Shown: positions 50,601 to 61,637 of the stretch, in pieces
Position numbering within the stretch: position 1 is the first letter of the stretch
Layout of the letters: each line of letters opens with the position of its first letter
Assembly: GCA_002633005.1 (NCBI GenBank)
Contig: NMRA01000310.1
Span: forward strand, 252,624 to 316,623
Origin: Phoronis australis
Lineage: Eukaryota > Animalia > Phoronida
Direction: 5' to 3'
Length of the DNA: 64,000 nucleotides
Notes under the pieces: generated by a model
Database searches by the model: none
What the model was told of the DNA's origin: nothing
What the model saw: only the letters and a program-made list of their open reading frames with translations
Position numbers and translations under genes: made by a program

Positions 50601-53600
50601 AAATTGTAAACAAACACCGTTGCGTGTTCAAATAATTCACTAGGAATGGCCAACTTTTACATCCTTGTTGTCACCGGTTACAAATAAAAAAGCACCCAAG
50701 TGAAAATAAATTGAGCAAAACAAATCATCATCTCACAATTACGTCCAGATCTGTGATAGATTAGAATTTTTCGATGTTATATTGAAACTAAGACGAAAAT
50801 TTATCCAGATCATATGATCTCCACAAATATTCCACAACCACCAGTCCCACAATTCAATTCCATGAATCAGACAAAGGTCAAAGTTTAAACATGACCCACA
50901 TCTCACTTACATAGCCACTATTGCCTTTGTGTCCAGTGGTCGGTCAGGATGTTTACAGTCCACTGTCAAGCCAGGTGTGCTAGTATTGATGTGCACAAAG
51001 GGAACCAATGCGTTCACTGTCTCCATGGCTAGATCAAAAAAGTGAGAGTGCAATACGTGCAAAAATTTTCAACAACACATTTTTGTTTCAAAAGTCGATA
51101 ATAATATATTGGTGTGATCAACAGAAAATACGGAAAGATAACTAAGACATAAACCTGTCGATTTTTATTTCTTTGGTTTTGTTTCTTACAAAATGTCAAG
51201 GCGCACTCATAAGTTTCATCAAATGACAAAAATACAGCCTCGGGCATACACCATTGATCTTTTGGGTATATAACTTTAGTTTAACATTGAGGCACACCTT
51301 CCAACCGTATTTTGTAGGACAAAATAATATAAGATATTCCTTCCCTTCTCCTCCAACACTTACCCCCAATTAGGAGAGCCTTTACCTCAGATGAGTTGCA
51401 GACATTCGGGGTACATAGACCTACTCTTAAAGAGATCCCCTGTAAATGGATGAAAAATAAGATGCAGTGAGGATGTTAAAGGATCCAACCTAGCTTGACA
51501 GTTTAATCTTACACACATGCATTTGAGACTTGGAGAGTTTAGCTAGTTCACACAGTGACTTACAACTTCACGGGTGTTTGTAAATCATGGAAGTCGTTCA
51601 CACACAATAGGCCTTTTGAAATTGACATGCATGGTCAGTGAAAGCTGATCTTTGTGATCCCTGCTCTTGGTATACAACTATCCCTTGTTGGACTGTGTAA
51701 CTAAACACAGCTTAAAAATGCATAGTCTAATTAAATTGTGAATATGCAAATGAAGTATAAATTTACAAGCAAGCCGGGTCCTCCAGTGTGTCTGAAACCA
51801 TCCGAGAACCAGTTACCATAACAATCTCGCGAAAGTCTCATTTTGCAAGTCAAGACTATTTTTATGTTCAAACGAGTATGATATTTTATCATGGCACACC
51901 CAGACCCGATGCAGGTGAGAACAAAGAAGGCCAATGTAATTTCATTTTGCCGTCACCTTGGACAATATTTAACATCATGCCATTTTGCATCTCTGTTTGT
52001 GCAAATTCTAGGTATGTGCACACGCTTCTCGTCCACATTCCTTAGGGCAACACAAGAATCCCAGGAAACCCCCGCAACATTGTCGTTACCCTAATCAAAC
52101 AAGGCACTATCAAATAACCATTACGAAATATTTGGAAGCTCAAATGTTGAATTTCTTGTCCAAGTCAATTAGAATAATAAGCAGCTATGTGTAATCACTT
52201 GTACATCACAACCCTGATATTCTCAGGTATTACAAACCTGTGGTACAGGCAGGGCTGAGCCTGATGTATCAACTGGTAGCTTGATAGGGATGTTGGCCAG
52301 ACAGTATTGGCCATTGAACAGGAGCTGGTCAGACACGGACGTGGCATTGATCTCCACACATTCATGGTATGATCCTAACCAAGTCAGGCGCAGATCACGC
52401 AGCAAAGATGGACCAAGCTTACCAGCAGCATCAATCACTGTAATGAGGAGGGGCATAGTAGAAATGTCAATCACTGTAATGGGAGGGGCATACCAGAAAT
52501 GTCAATCACTGTAAGGCCTCATAATGAGCCATTACAGCTTGCTCCCATTTAGTCTGTATTCAAGACCCCATCGGTTTTCAGAGGCCTGACATCAATCTTC
52601 ATTTTGTTAAGTGCCATGCTCATTCTTTTGTCTGATGTCACGAGGCAAACACCAATTATCTACAACGCTGAATGAATACATTAATGTAAACACACATCGA
52701 CCCAAAACCACAGCCAACAAATGGAAATTCATCGCATGACTTGGACTCACCAGAGACCATAAATAACAACAGCATACTTACAGGGGCCTCGGCTAAGAAT
52801 TGATCCGATTTCCTATTTTAAAATTACCCCAAAATTCCTTAAATCAAGTCCAAAAATTACCCACAAGGGTAGAAATACTTCTTCAAATGGCTCGTTTTGG
52901 TTTATTGAAACATTGCAGGTGAATGGTGGTGACCCTGGGTGGAATTGGTGGTGAGGGGGGGGGATTTTTTCCTGAACCAAAAGTCACAGACACCTTTCCC
53001 CTCACGTGAGCCAGGGCCAAATAGTTGGGGAGAAAGATCATGGTGACATTGACCCAAATGCGTGAACACCGCTGGGCAAAGGTGAGACAGGATTAGAACT
53101 TAAAACTAACAGAAAAAATGTTCATAATCTTTTTGAGCTAGTAGGGCACCTTAATGAGGCAGTAATTCTCATTAGAAATTGACGACGTCTTCAGTTCCTT
53201 GCAACTTGAACAAATACTTCCGTTATCAAACTGTTTCTTTGAGCAGTTCCTCATTCAGTTCCCAAAATCGGAAACTGGCCACTTTTAATACTGCATTCAG
53301 CAGGTAGTATGACGTCGTATTCCCAGGTTTGTGCAGTGAAAAGTTTGACAACGAGAGTATTTGTTCAAGTTGGAAAGAAGACATCGACATCCTTCTAAGG
53401 TGTCTCTCTATGCGCAAAAGGTATTTACAACTACGTGACTGATGTTTTCGTAAGTTTGAGGCATAATTCACCAAAAAAGCTTCCGGCGTATGAAGCTCCT
53501 ATAGGAGCTATACAGTCTCTACTGAGCCAGCTAGAGAAGATGGTCATTGTCTACTCTGGTCCATGAATGCAGATAGGCAGAAAATTAATGAGTAATCCTG

Positions 53601-54096
53601 AGTTTTAGCCCCATAGATTATCCAAAAATCATAGGGAACCACTTTAATCCACTAAATATCTGACATTATCCAATGGTAGTCAATGGTTCGGGTCACTAGA
53701 TAATTTAGAAGGGTGAATTCAGGACGTTGCTAAGCCTAAAGTTACCAAACACACAACTCTTGGCTGCAGAGCCTACTACACACTTTTCAAAGCCCATGGC
53801 CGAGTTTTGTTATTCGTCAATCCCATCACGAACTCTTCTGAAGCATTCAGGCAAACACCTGAGAGACCATCAGCTGCATTCGCTTGAACACTACCAATCA
53901 ATTCTACAGCATCAGGCCATTTGGGGGACACATGAAATAGTTGGCTGATGTCATCGCGAGCCAGAAAATTGGACAATCTTCGACCAGTCTCAATCTTAGA
54001 GTTGACTGTGTTGATTATTCTTCGGAAGTCTCCATGAGCAAAATCTTGTCCGAGAGCCCCAACGATGCAGCAAAACATGATTATTCGTAACAACAT
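38577..54096 (-). CDS. Nose resistant to fluoxetine-6 / O-acyltransferase-like (NRF domain + acyltransferase-3 multi-pass domain), 15 exons, 741 aa
   Basis: Exons 54096-53784, 52437-52238, 51439-51364, 51028-50911, 49975-49749, 47379-47212, 46930-46837, 45626-45534, 44626-44467, 43826-43747, 42704-42573, 42166-42049, 41028-40842, 39532-39390, 38693-38577; 2226 nt. Signal peptide; NRF motifs WALKMIDAAGK, WLGSYHEC, GQYC; AT3 motifs HGVRFLSMSWVILGH, VDSFFVLSG, HRYWRLTP, WYLANDMQFY, PLSRLTYCAYLCH, FESP. The family is multi-copy in invertebrates, so no ortholog symbol is given. Confidence 0.92.
39078..39195. repeat. Near-perfect palindrome, 54-bp arms, 10-nt loop
   Basis: ATTATTAAGCTT...GGCATTTAG tgactaacat CTAAATGCC...AAGCTTAATAAT, one mismatch. 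Confidence 0.9.
39390..39532 (-). CDS. NRF6-like exon 14 (FINTLLSW...PLSRLTYCAYLCHP...)
   Basis: ttgcag acceptor, gtgagt donor. Confidence 0.92.
40842..41028 (-). CDS. NRF6-like exon 13 (AVVLLCW...WVIFACCSGYG)
   Basis: atgcag acceptor, gtatgt donor. Confidence 0.92.
41449..41968. repeat. Minisatellite (~33-bp monomer ATGGTTTAGGAATAACACTAAGGTTAC...) with a 120-bp higher-order duplication
   Basis: 41641-41760 nearly identical to 41761-41880. Confidence 0.9.
42049..42166 (-). CDS. NRF6-like exon 12 (WDDLYVRPYTRISAYLVG...)
   Basis: gtgtag acceptor, gtcagg donor. Confidence 0.9.
42573..42704 (-). CDS. NRF6-like exon 11 (FKLVGLFILLV...DPNE)
   Basis: tgacag acceptor, gtaagt donor. Confidence 0.88.
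43747..43826 (-). CDS. NRF6-like exon 10 (CMAWSWYLANDMQFYVISP...)
   Basis: tttcag acceptor, gtgagt donor. Confidence 0.92.
44467..44626 (-). CDS. NRF6-like exon 9 (LTPAY...GSGPMW...WWTNALYINNF)
   Basis: tttcag acceptor, gtgtgg donor. Confidence 0.92.
45534..45626 (-). CDS. NRF6-like exon 8 (GLLVTY...FYAHRYW)
   Basis: ttacag acceptor, gtaaga donor. Confidence 0.92.
46837..46930 (-). CDS. NRF6-like exon 7 (...FQAIANATVSVDSFFVL)
   Basis: ccctag acceptor, gtaagt donor. Confidence 0.9.
47212..47379 (-). CDS. NRF6-like exon 6 (IANKLLLAFSVYTNG...HGVRFLSMSWVILGH...)
   Basis: cttcag acceptor (most 3' of five copies), gtgagt donor. Confidence 0.9.
47331..47930. repeat. Tandem array of five ~121-bp units, each containing the exon-6 acceptor of the NRF6-like gene
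   Basis: Unit TGGCCATTGGTGTAGACAGAGAAGGCAAGC...CTGAAGG...GATTTGATTC; periods 121/122/121/115. Confidence 0.95.
48614..48860. repeat. Tandem repeat, ~52-bp unit x5
   Basis: TTACAAGAGGTCATTTATGTGTTTCTGGTTCTCTGAGTCTGTGATCCATCGGA. Confidence 0.9.
49749..49975 (-). CDS. NRF6-like exon 5 (TILAIFGGVILLATLYD...RDSL)
   Basis: ttgcag acceptor, gttagt donor. Confidence 0.88.
50096..50316 (+). mobile_element. MITE family D copy
   Basis: CAGGGCTTG...CAAGACCTG; shares GATGTATCG and AATAGGCTTGTGTGATA with 33267-33523. Confidence 0.7.
50911..51028 (-). CDS. NRF6-like exon 4 (METVNALVP...VDCKHPDRPLDTKAIVA)
   Basis: atctag acceptor, gtaagt donor. Confidence 0.85.
51364..51439 (-). CDS. NRF6-like exon 3 (GISLRVGLCTPNVCNSSEV...)
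   Basis: ttacag acceptor, gtaagt donor; GxCxPxxC motif. Confidence 0.88.
52238..52437 (-). CDS. NRF6-like exon 2 (MIDAAGK...WLGSYHEC...PVPQ)
   Basis: ttacag acceptor, gtttgt donor. Confidence 0.88.
52431..52514. repeat. 36/35-bp tandem repeat containing the NRF6-like exon-2 acceptor (3 copies of TCAATCACTGTAA)
   Basis: Direct inspection. Confidence 0.9.
53784..54096 (-). CDS. NRF6-like exon 1 (signal peptide...RPWALK)
   Basis: aacATG start; gtgtgt donor, phase 1. Confidence 0.88.
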
Positions 54097-54610
54097 GTTG
54101 GATTTCGCAAGCCCAAACAGTCAACAGCCAAAACACTCCTTTCCCATCCAAAGCATGACCTAAGCTGACCTAAATTGAACGTCATAACTCAGCGCCACCT
54201 GATGACTAATGCTGGTGCTGTGCTTGAACTTAAAATTTTCTCAACAGACGAACGCACATCAGCTTGGCTTATCCAAAGGCTTTCCAAGTTCACTCAAATA
54301 ATCAAGTAAACTTCACATTGAAAAAATGCGCTGTAGTAAAGAAAATCACATTTTTTAATTAAAATAATGTAAATTCAATTATTCCGAAGAGGCGATCCAA
54401 ACAGCGCCGATTCTATGACACCAGATCGGGGTAAAGAATACTGAAATGGATGATAGTGGGGCCAAGAATTAGAAAAAAATCAATGTTCACCGTATTACTA
54501 TATTGTGTGTTTAATTCTAATTTCACGCATACTCGATCTTGAGATCAATGAGCCACAGATGGCTTAGCGTGGCAAGCCCATTTAACGGTTGGTTCTAGTG
54601 GCTCAAGATA

Positions 54611-55128
54611 TTCTGACCATCAAAATGTTTAATTTGTACCAAAAAAATATTGCGTTTCAGACTTTCACACTGTGTCACACACACAGGGCGACTGAGAGCC
54701 CGCCAGCCAAGGGCGGCATATGGCAACGAAATTCTACCAAATTCTTGTACTGAAGAATGTGATCATAGTTGAGATTAAAAACAATAATATAACTGGGTTT
54801 TCAAGAATTTTTTTTTGTCATCGAATGGTAATGCCATACAGTTTTACATGTCTGACACGCAGATCTTTCCGCATTTCAAGTAGGTTTGACCGTCGATCGC
54901 CATAAACAGGTGATTATACCGCGTTGAACGCGGCCACACGCCAGGAATGGGGGCGCGTGGTAACTACGGGATTTACTTTAATATTCTTTCCATGATATGT
55001 TTTGCTAGAGAAACTCAAAATAACTTGCGCGTAACCGTAAAGTCGCATTGAATGCGCCTTTAGCTTTCGTATAAATTTGTCATCATTTACGTCAGACGGC
55101 TCAACATATAGGGCCCACTCACCAAAGT
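54611..55128 (+). repeat. ~500-bp diverged direct repeat, copy 1
   Basis: Colinear with 57951-58444 (e.g. TCTTTCCGCATTTCAAGTA, TGCTAGAGAAACTCAAAATAACTTGCGCGTAAC). Confidence 0.85.
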
Positions 55129-56266
55129 CCATGACTATACGCTCGGGCCTATGAACGCACGTATAAATACTGTAGATCGCCCTAAATATATCCTAGTGAG
55201 AATAACACTGTTTTTAGATTTCAACCATGCACTTTTATTCGCAGATATGCATCCCAAGTATATTTTTGGGAAAAAATCTAAGATACGCAAACTGGGCATA
55301 TATTCTGCTATGCTTATTTACCGTAATCTACGGTGGATCTTCTTAAACCTGTAAACCATGAAAATTTCATTGAGACAGTTTAGTTCAACTAACATATTCA
55401 ACTATGATTCCGCGGTTCTACTTGTTTGGCGTTCCCATGTTTCATTTTGTTCGTTTTTGCTCTCCTGCAGACAGTCATTTTAACGTTGAACAGCAGTTTT
55501 TGATAGACGTAAGAATATTAAAACCAAGAAAGCGGAATTGATGGACAAATAATTACCTGTGAATGTGTGCAAGGGAGTGAATGAGAACACTGTCCCCCCC
55601 CCCCAAGCCTGTCAACGGAAGGCTTCCGTTGACTTGTTTTGGCACGTACCACATTTCTTGTTCTCCTTCTGTGACATCAATTTGTTCTGTAATCAGTCCT
55701 GTGAGGAAACCTTTTCCTCAGGAGAAAAGTGTTCGGACCTTTTTCTATTCATTTTATTGATGACAGAGCCATAATAAAAATACGTCTGCACCGATTCTAC
55801 CTACAACTGTGTGCTTAAACGGCACTGAATACATTAAACCTATCCAAAACAAGGCGTCGTCTTCTCTCTCAGAACACATGACTGTCCGGCAAAATTAAAT
55901 GAAAATCCACACAGGAACTCCAGGCGTAACTTACTTTTTTGAGAAAAAAAATTGGAGGCACAGTTGTTGTCGAGTTTAAAATATTGAGGATTACACGCGT
56001 CAAATTGTGACCTTGCAAGAGGTTAAATAGATAAACACAGAAGTCAACAAGAGGAACGCAGAGCCGGTTGAAATGCGCCCACGATACCACTGCAAACGGT
56101 GTGCTTCAATGAGTATTTTTTAGAATTAGAAAAAAAATGTACATTAGATGCCGCATATTGCGTCAAACCATTCCAAATTGCCATTGCAGTCGCCGTCTCT
56201 CATGGGATGTATAATAAAACACTTGGGTGCAAACAGTTATTGCACAGATATCGCCGGGTTCCTCGG

Positions 56267-56442
56267 TAGAGTGAGAGAGTGAGAGTGAGAGAGAGTGAGA
56301 GAGTGTGAGAGAGAGTGAGAGAGTGAGAGTGAGAGAGTGTGAGAGAGAGTGAGAGTGTGAGAGAGAGAGAGTGAGAGGGTGTGAGAGAGAGTGAGAGTGA
56401 GAGAGAGAGTGTGATAGAGAGTGAGAGTGAGAGAGTGTGAGA
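56267..56442. repeat. (GA/GT)n microsatellite
   Basis: Direct inspection. Confidence 0.95.
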
Positions 56443-57228
56443 TCGCTCGAAACGTGGGGACATTTTATTATATTTTAGTACCGACGCTCGTCGTTTTATT
56501 TTTACTATTTTACATTCTTATCCGACGGTAACTGCACAACAACACAGCACTTATATTTGATTTACTTTCTTCACTCGTTCCCACATCCATTACTGTTACG
56601 TTTTACGCAAAATTCGTCAAAATTTAGAAAGCGCATTTTTAACCAAACTGCTGTGACGAGTCTTATAGTCAACAAAAAACCCTTTGTGCCTCGGGAACGC
56701 AAATCCGATATTCTTTCAATATAATTCACATCTCAAGATGTGAGTGACACGAATGGGCTCAGCAGGCTTGAATTTTAGTGTACATATTAATAATGCTTTT
56801 CTCTTTCGCAACTTACGAAAATATGTATTTTTTCATGTAAACAAATTTTAATTGAAATTAAAAATTCATCGTGCTCATGCCGACTTTTAAAAATTTCGAA
56901 GAAATTGAGCTCACCAAAATCGGACAACAACGAAATGGCACAATTTGGAGGTCCGCCAAATTCGGACACCACACAAGTCTTGTCTCACGATATTCGATCA
57001 AGAATGAATTTGTTCTACTGGAGTTAAATTTGAGTGGCCGAAAGTCGCGCGACTTTACCGTAATAAAATAACAGGTTTAGCTCATTGTCAAGTAAAAGGA
57101 ATTCAAAGTTCACACCGCAGCTTTTCTTTTATGCGTGCTATTTATTCGGGTGCTTGGCTAGCCCACGACTGCAAATAGTTACAGTAAATTAATTTGCATT
57201 TACAGTCAGGTTCCGTGTCTAGCCTAAG

Positions 57229-57297
57229 GGAGCTTATCTCGACCTTTTCAGAACAAACCTCTTATGCACTTGTTCTAAAAAGACCGAGATAAGCTCC
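57229..57297. repeat. Hairpin, 28-bp arms, 13-nt loop
   Basis: GGAGCTTATCTCGACCTTTTCAGAACAA / TTGTTCTAAAAAGACCGAGATAAGCTCC. Confidence 0.8.
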
Positions 57298-57950
57298 TTC
57301 GGGATTGCGTAGCTTAGGTTACCCGGCCTCCTAGCCGGCACTAAATAGTAACACTTGACTAGTAGTGTGTGACTGCACGTCAAAACACAGTCAGGAAAAC
57401 GAAATCAGCTACAAAAACCAAAAAAACACCTTACACGGGAAAAGGGAAACCCCCTCCCGACCTCTCCCAGCCAAGTTCGACGCTATGCGCCTCGGATTCG
57501 GCGAATCCTAACCCCCCCCCCTTACTGGAAACGTAGATCTGCCACAGGTACGTATAAGTTTTCGCCAACTCCGACACCTACCTAACCCGGCCACCTTGCC
57601 ACTAAATAGTAGCATTAGCGTGTGGGACTGAACGTCAAAACACAACTGTGACAGCTGTGGGTAAAAAATTTGAAATTCAAGTGAAGCTTGCTTTCGGCAC
57701 TTTGCTCTGGTGCAGTCCATTCACAACATTAACGTCAGTCAACTGTACGTAAGTTTTTGTCTACCGCGACACTCAGTGACACCTACCTTAATCATTACGG
57801 TCGTTTCATAGACACACAAGATCTGATGAACGTTTTGAAGGAAAACATTTTAATAATTTTTATTTGCGTCCCGCTGCCCGGCCCGCGATGACTGAAAGTG
57901 TTCATTCAGTTGGTTCTGAGTCACGATAGTTCTTATCCCACCCAATGATT

Positions 57951-58444
57951 TTCTGGCCATCAAAATGTTTAAATTGATGTACGGTTTGTACGGAAAATAT
58001 TTATTTTATTTCGACTTTTTCACTCTGACACAGACAGAGGGCGATAGGTGTGGCCTACGACGTGCATGGGACTGCCTTGCACAAAATTCTACCAATTTCT
58101 CGTAAAAATGTGATCATAATCGAGGTTTAAAAATTAATGTTATTGGGTTCCCAAGAAATTTCTTTATCATAATTTCACACTAGTTTCACACAATCTTTCC
58201 GCATTTCAAGTAAGTTTGACCGTCACAGTGATAATACGTTGAACGCGGTCACACGCCAGGAGGTGCGTGTAGTAAGTACGGGACTCGGTTCAAAGTCATT
58301 CCCTGATGCTGATATGGATTGCTAGAGAAACTCAAAATAACTTGCGCGTAACTCTAAAGTCGCGTTGAGTGCGCCTTCAGTTTTTGTATTAGTTTGCCAT
58401 CATGTACGAGACGGTTGAACATGTATAGGCCTACTCACCGAAGT
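57951..58444 (+). repeat. ~500-bp diverged direct repeat, copy 2
   Basis: Colinear with 54611-55128. Confidence 0.85.
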
Positions 58445-58918
58445 TTAGTGCGGGTGAATTTTGAAATATACGTTGGTGAAATTCCGGCGTATCTGATTTG
58501 TGCCATTTCTGAAACCGCAAGTTTTGGGTTGTCCATCCCTAATAACTAAACCCTAAAGCGTTATCTTGATAGGCCGATGATTTTGATGTCATTGTTGGTG
58601 ACGAAAAACTTAAAGGGATCCTATCACAGTAAAGAGGATTGTTATGAAACCGATTTCACTCATGAGAGTAAAGAGGGCAAACCATAGGTTTAAAAAACAC
58701 AGACACAACGAGATTTGATCATTTAAAATTAGCTCATTTTTCACAGCTGCCGTTTGACAGGGAGCCACGCGGCAGATCCATCCAGATGTATGTAAGCCAA
58801 AGTCAATGTGACAGTCTCAGAATGAAGGCCCAGTGGTGATCGCAGTGGTGTTTATAAAAGGCGGTCGGACGATTTCTGGTTCAAGTAATAGTACATTAGT
58901 TTTATTGCACGCTTCGTA

Positions 58919-59161
58919 CAACGCACACCCAGGGAGGGGGGGGGGGCTCTTGGTGTTTGAACGAGCCCCTCCCCCATTTGGCGAAGTGGGCAAAAGGTCC
59001 GCCTCGGAGAAACAAAAGTAGAAAACGAGACAAAAGTTCACTAAAAAGGCAAGAACTACTAAAATTCGGCGAATGCACAATTCATAGCCCTGAACGTACC
59101 CCGTTTTTTTCTTGCAAAAAACTGAATAGAGCTTCCATATTTTAGCCTCGGTGCGCGTATG
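58919..59161 (+). mobile_element. MITE family A copy
   Basis: Colinear with 1566-1834 (inverted); ends CCTCGGTGCGCGTATG; TSD not preserved. Confidence 0.75.
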
Positions 59162-59281
59162 CAGCGCGGAGGGGACTAGGAAGGAGGGCAGATCAGTAAG
59201 TACGGTACTGACTGAGCCAGCGTGAAGAAGGGTATACAGTATTTGAGGGTGATATTGTTGGTGAGAAAAGCGGGCTGAAAT

Positions 59282-59365
59282 CAGTCTCGACGCGTATGAT
59301 CCGAGCTCAAAGTCTTGACGCGTAACTGAGCTCACAGTCTCGACGCGTAACCTAGCTCACAGTCT
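59282..59365. repeat. ~25-bp tandem repeat (CAGTCTCGACGCGTAA..AGCTCA)
   Basis: 3-4 copies. Confidence 0.75.
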
Positions 59366-59752
59366 TGGCGATCACAACTAATATATGTCACCAGTCTTGA
59401 TTCCAGCGAATAACTGGCAGTCTACGGCGAAAATTGGCGATTTGTAATAGTATCGCAAAACTAACACTACTGGACTTACTAAAAAACAAACTTCCCGACG
59501 TTGCGGAGCTGCTTGGTTTCCGCGACTTTTTTGCCTAACAAAATTTCTTGTTTTGTAGCTTTGGTTAAAGTCAACCAGATTTCTCGGTCCTAAAACAGAG
59601 CAAGCAAATGCATACATAATGAGTATTTTTCTATTACAAGAGCATAACGGGGACATGCGAAAATTGGACACGTGACAGGAATGACACTAAACATGTAATC
59701 AAAACGCTGAACAGTGAGGCCTTACAAAAGTTCTCCGAGTGTCATTTGAATC

Positions 59753-59895
59753 CAGTGGCGGATTTAGAGGGGGGCCAAGGGGGCCATGGCCCCCCTAAAA
59801 ATTCTCCCAGATTCCATTTGGCAGTTCCTGAATGGGCAAAATACTAGCTAATCTACCCTGACCCCCCTTAACTCAAAATCCTAAATCCGCCCCTG
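59753..59895 (+). mobile_element. MITE family B copy
   Basis: CAGTGGCGGATTTAG...CTAAATCCGCCCCTG TIRs, shared core TCTCCCAGATTCCATTT. Confidence 0.8.
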
Positions 59896-61564
59896 GATCG
59901 AATTAACATGAAAATGGCCGACAAAGGCGATCGACAGAGAGTGGGGAGAAACTTTACGTGGGGTGAGGGGCAATGCGCGACAGTATCAATACCGTAACCG
60001 GAACCATATGAGACAATGACTGCTATGTCTACGGTAATTAGTATACTGTGTGTAGAATATGTGTGCGCATTTTGTGGTCCACGGGTGCCTGATGTGAAGC
60101 TGGTACCGAATTTACTGAGGCGTGTGCGACTATACACAAAATTCTTGAACAAGGGCATCGGCCTCGGGGTATGTCCAGAATTTTCGACATACCACAGCAC
60201 AAAACTGAGTAAGATATACCGTGACGAGTATCGTTATCAGATTCCCGCAGTGATGGCTCTCACGAATCACTGACTTAATGTACCCGGTATAGGCTGCGAT
60301 CACCAATTGAACTTGCTCAACATTAGTCTCAATGCCGAATATTCACATAACATTAGGAAGCAAAAGTTTTCCATCTTGTAGTAAATTTCTCGCATCTATA
60401 TTACACTTGGTTTTTGTCCCTCGCAAGATGCTTACGTGGTCACCCCATTTGGCCCGGGCAGACTAGCGCCCCGCGCGCGGAGCAAATTAAGTCGAAGATT
60501 TTTATATTTTAGATGTCTATTTTTTACCCCCTGCCTTGTGAGGGTAGGCCAAACTTGCTCATGAGCAAATTGCACTTTTGTGCGGGTATCGATAATATGA
60601 CCAGTTCAATGCAGATGGGCCGGACGGTGCCCCGGCTGCTGCACTATCGGGAACTAAAAAATTCCCCACAATTCAGCCTACACACTGATATCCACCGCAC
60701 AACTGAGTGTCCGGGTATCCAGACCACGCATGAAAACACCGTTGTATCCTTGGCTGTCGATCACAATGCCCATACTGTCACCGACTCCCTTGTCAACGCG
60801 ACAGGCGGATTCTATTTAAGCCGAACTCCTGTTCGCCCAAGGCTCCGGCGTGAGTTAATTCGCAGTTTCAACGTCTTCCGGAAGGTGACGCTTCAGTACA
60901 CCCCGTGTTTGAAGTATCGTTCATGTGCGGATGTTTTGCAGCCCGCTGCTCGAAGGTGAGAATTTTGCTCTTCATTATTGGGTGTGTTGATGTCGAAAGC
61001 AATGTTGTGCTTATCTCAGAATCACAAAGCTTAGTCACATTTATCAGGTTACTGGAATATTGATATTGGTTTGAGTTGTTTACACGATCAGATCTGACGA
61101 CCTGCCCCTGCTCATCAATGATCAATGTGACAATGATCCATCATCAATCGTCGTTGACATATAGCATTGAATTTGAAAGACATTCATGACTGCATTTCCG
61201 TCGCCGGCGTCACTGCCGTGTGGACTGTCATATTCGACCACTGTCGTTAACGAGGGTATTCCATGAACCACTTTATTTCAAGATCTACACACATTTATGT
61301 GTTTTCTAACTCCCTTACAACTGTTTTGGTTTGACATCAAGTGAGCTCATCTTGTCACTGTGTTCACAGGCAACCCCAGTTTGCATATCTGCTAGTTACC
61401 TCCGGTATGCCATTGCTAGATGCAATGGGTGCGTCCCGTGACCCAATTCATGTATTTCTAGCTAGGGTTTAGACATGTCCACACCTCTAATTGATCTTGA
61501 ACAACTTGCCCTCTCGAGCAAAATAGCAAAATATCCTTGTTAATAGCGCCGGTGTAGAAAAATC

Positions 61565-61637
61565 TTCCAACACCAAGACCTGAACTAGGGTTTCTGGCAT
61601 GAGAGTCAAGGTTTCCAAACCATTCGTCCAATAGGCA
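61565..61637 (-). pseudogene. Decayed tRNA-Glu(CTC)-like sequence (tRNA pseudogene or SINE head)
   Basis: 73 nt TGCCTATTGGACGAATGGTTTGGA...CTCTCA...CCCTAGTTCAGGTCTTGGTGTTGGAA: A-box-like, CTC anticodon, degenerate B-box, followed by T5; stems broken. Confidence 0.5.

Noticed and set aside
56200-56463. Ser/Leu-repeat ORF
   Set aside because: Translation of the GA microsatellite.
54611-58444. Direct repeats as the LTR pair of a retrotransposon
   Set aside because: No TG...CA termini, TSD, PBS/PPT or gag/pol remnants between them.
58817-59335. Longest ORF (172 aa) and the similar short ORFs at 1560..1778 and 58957..59145
   Set aside because: These are translations of MITE family A; the peptide similarity only reflects the shared repeat.
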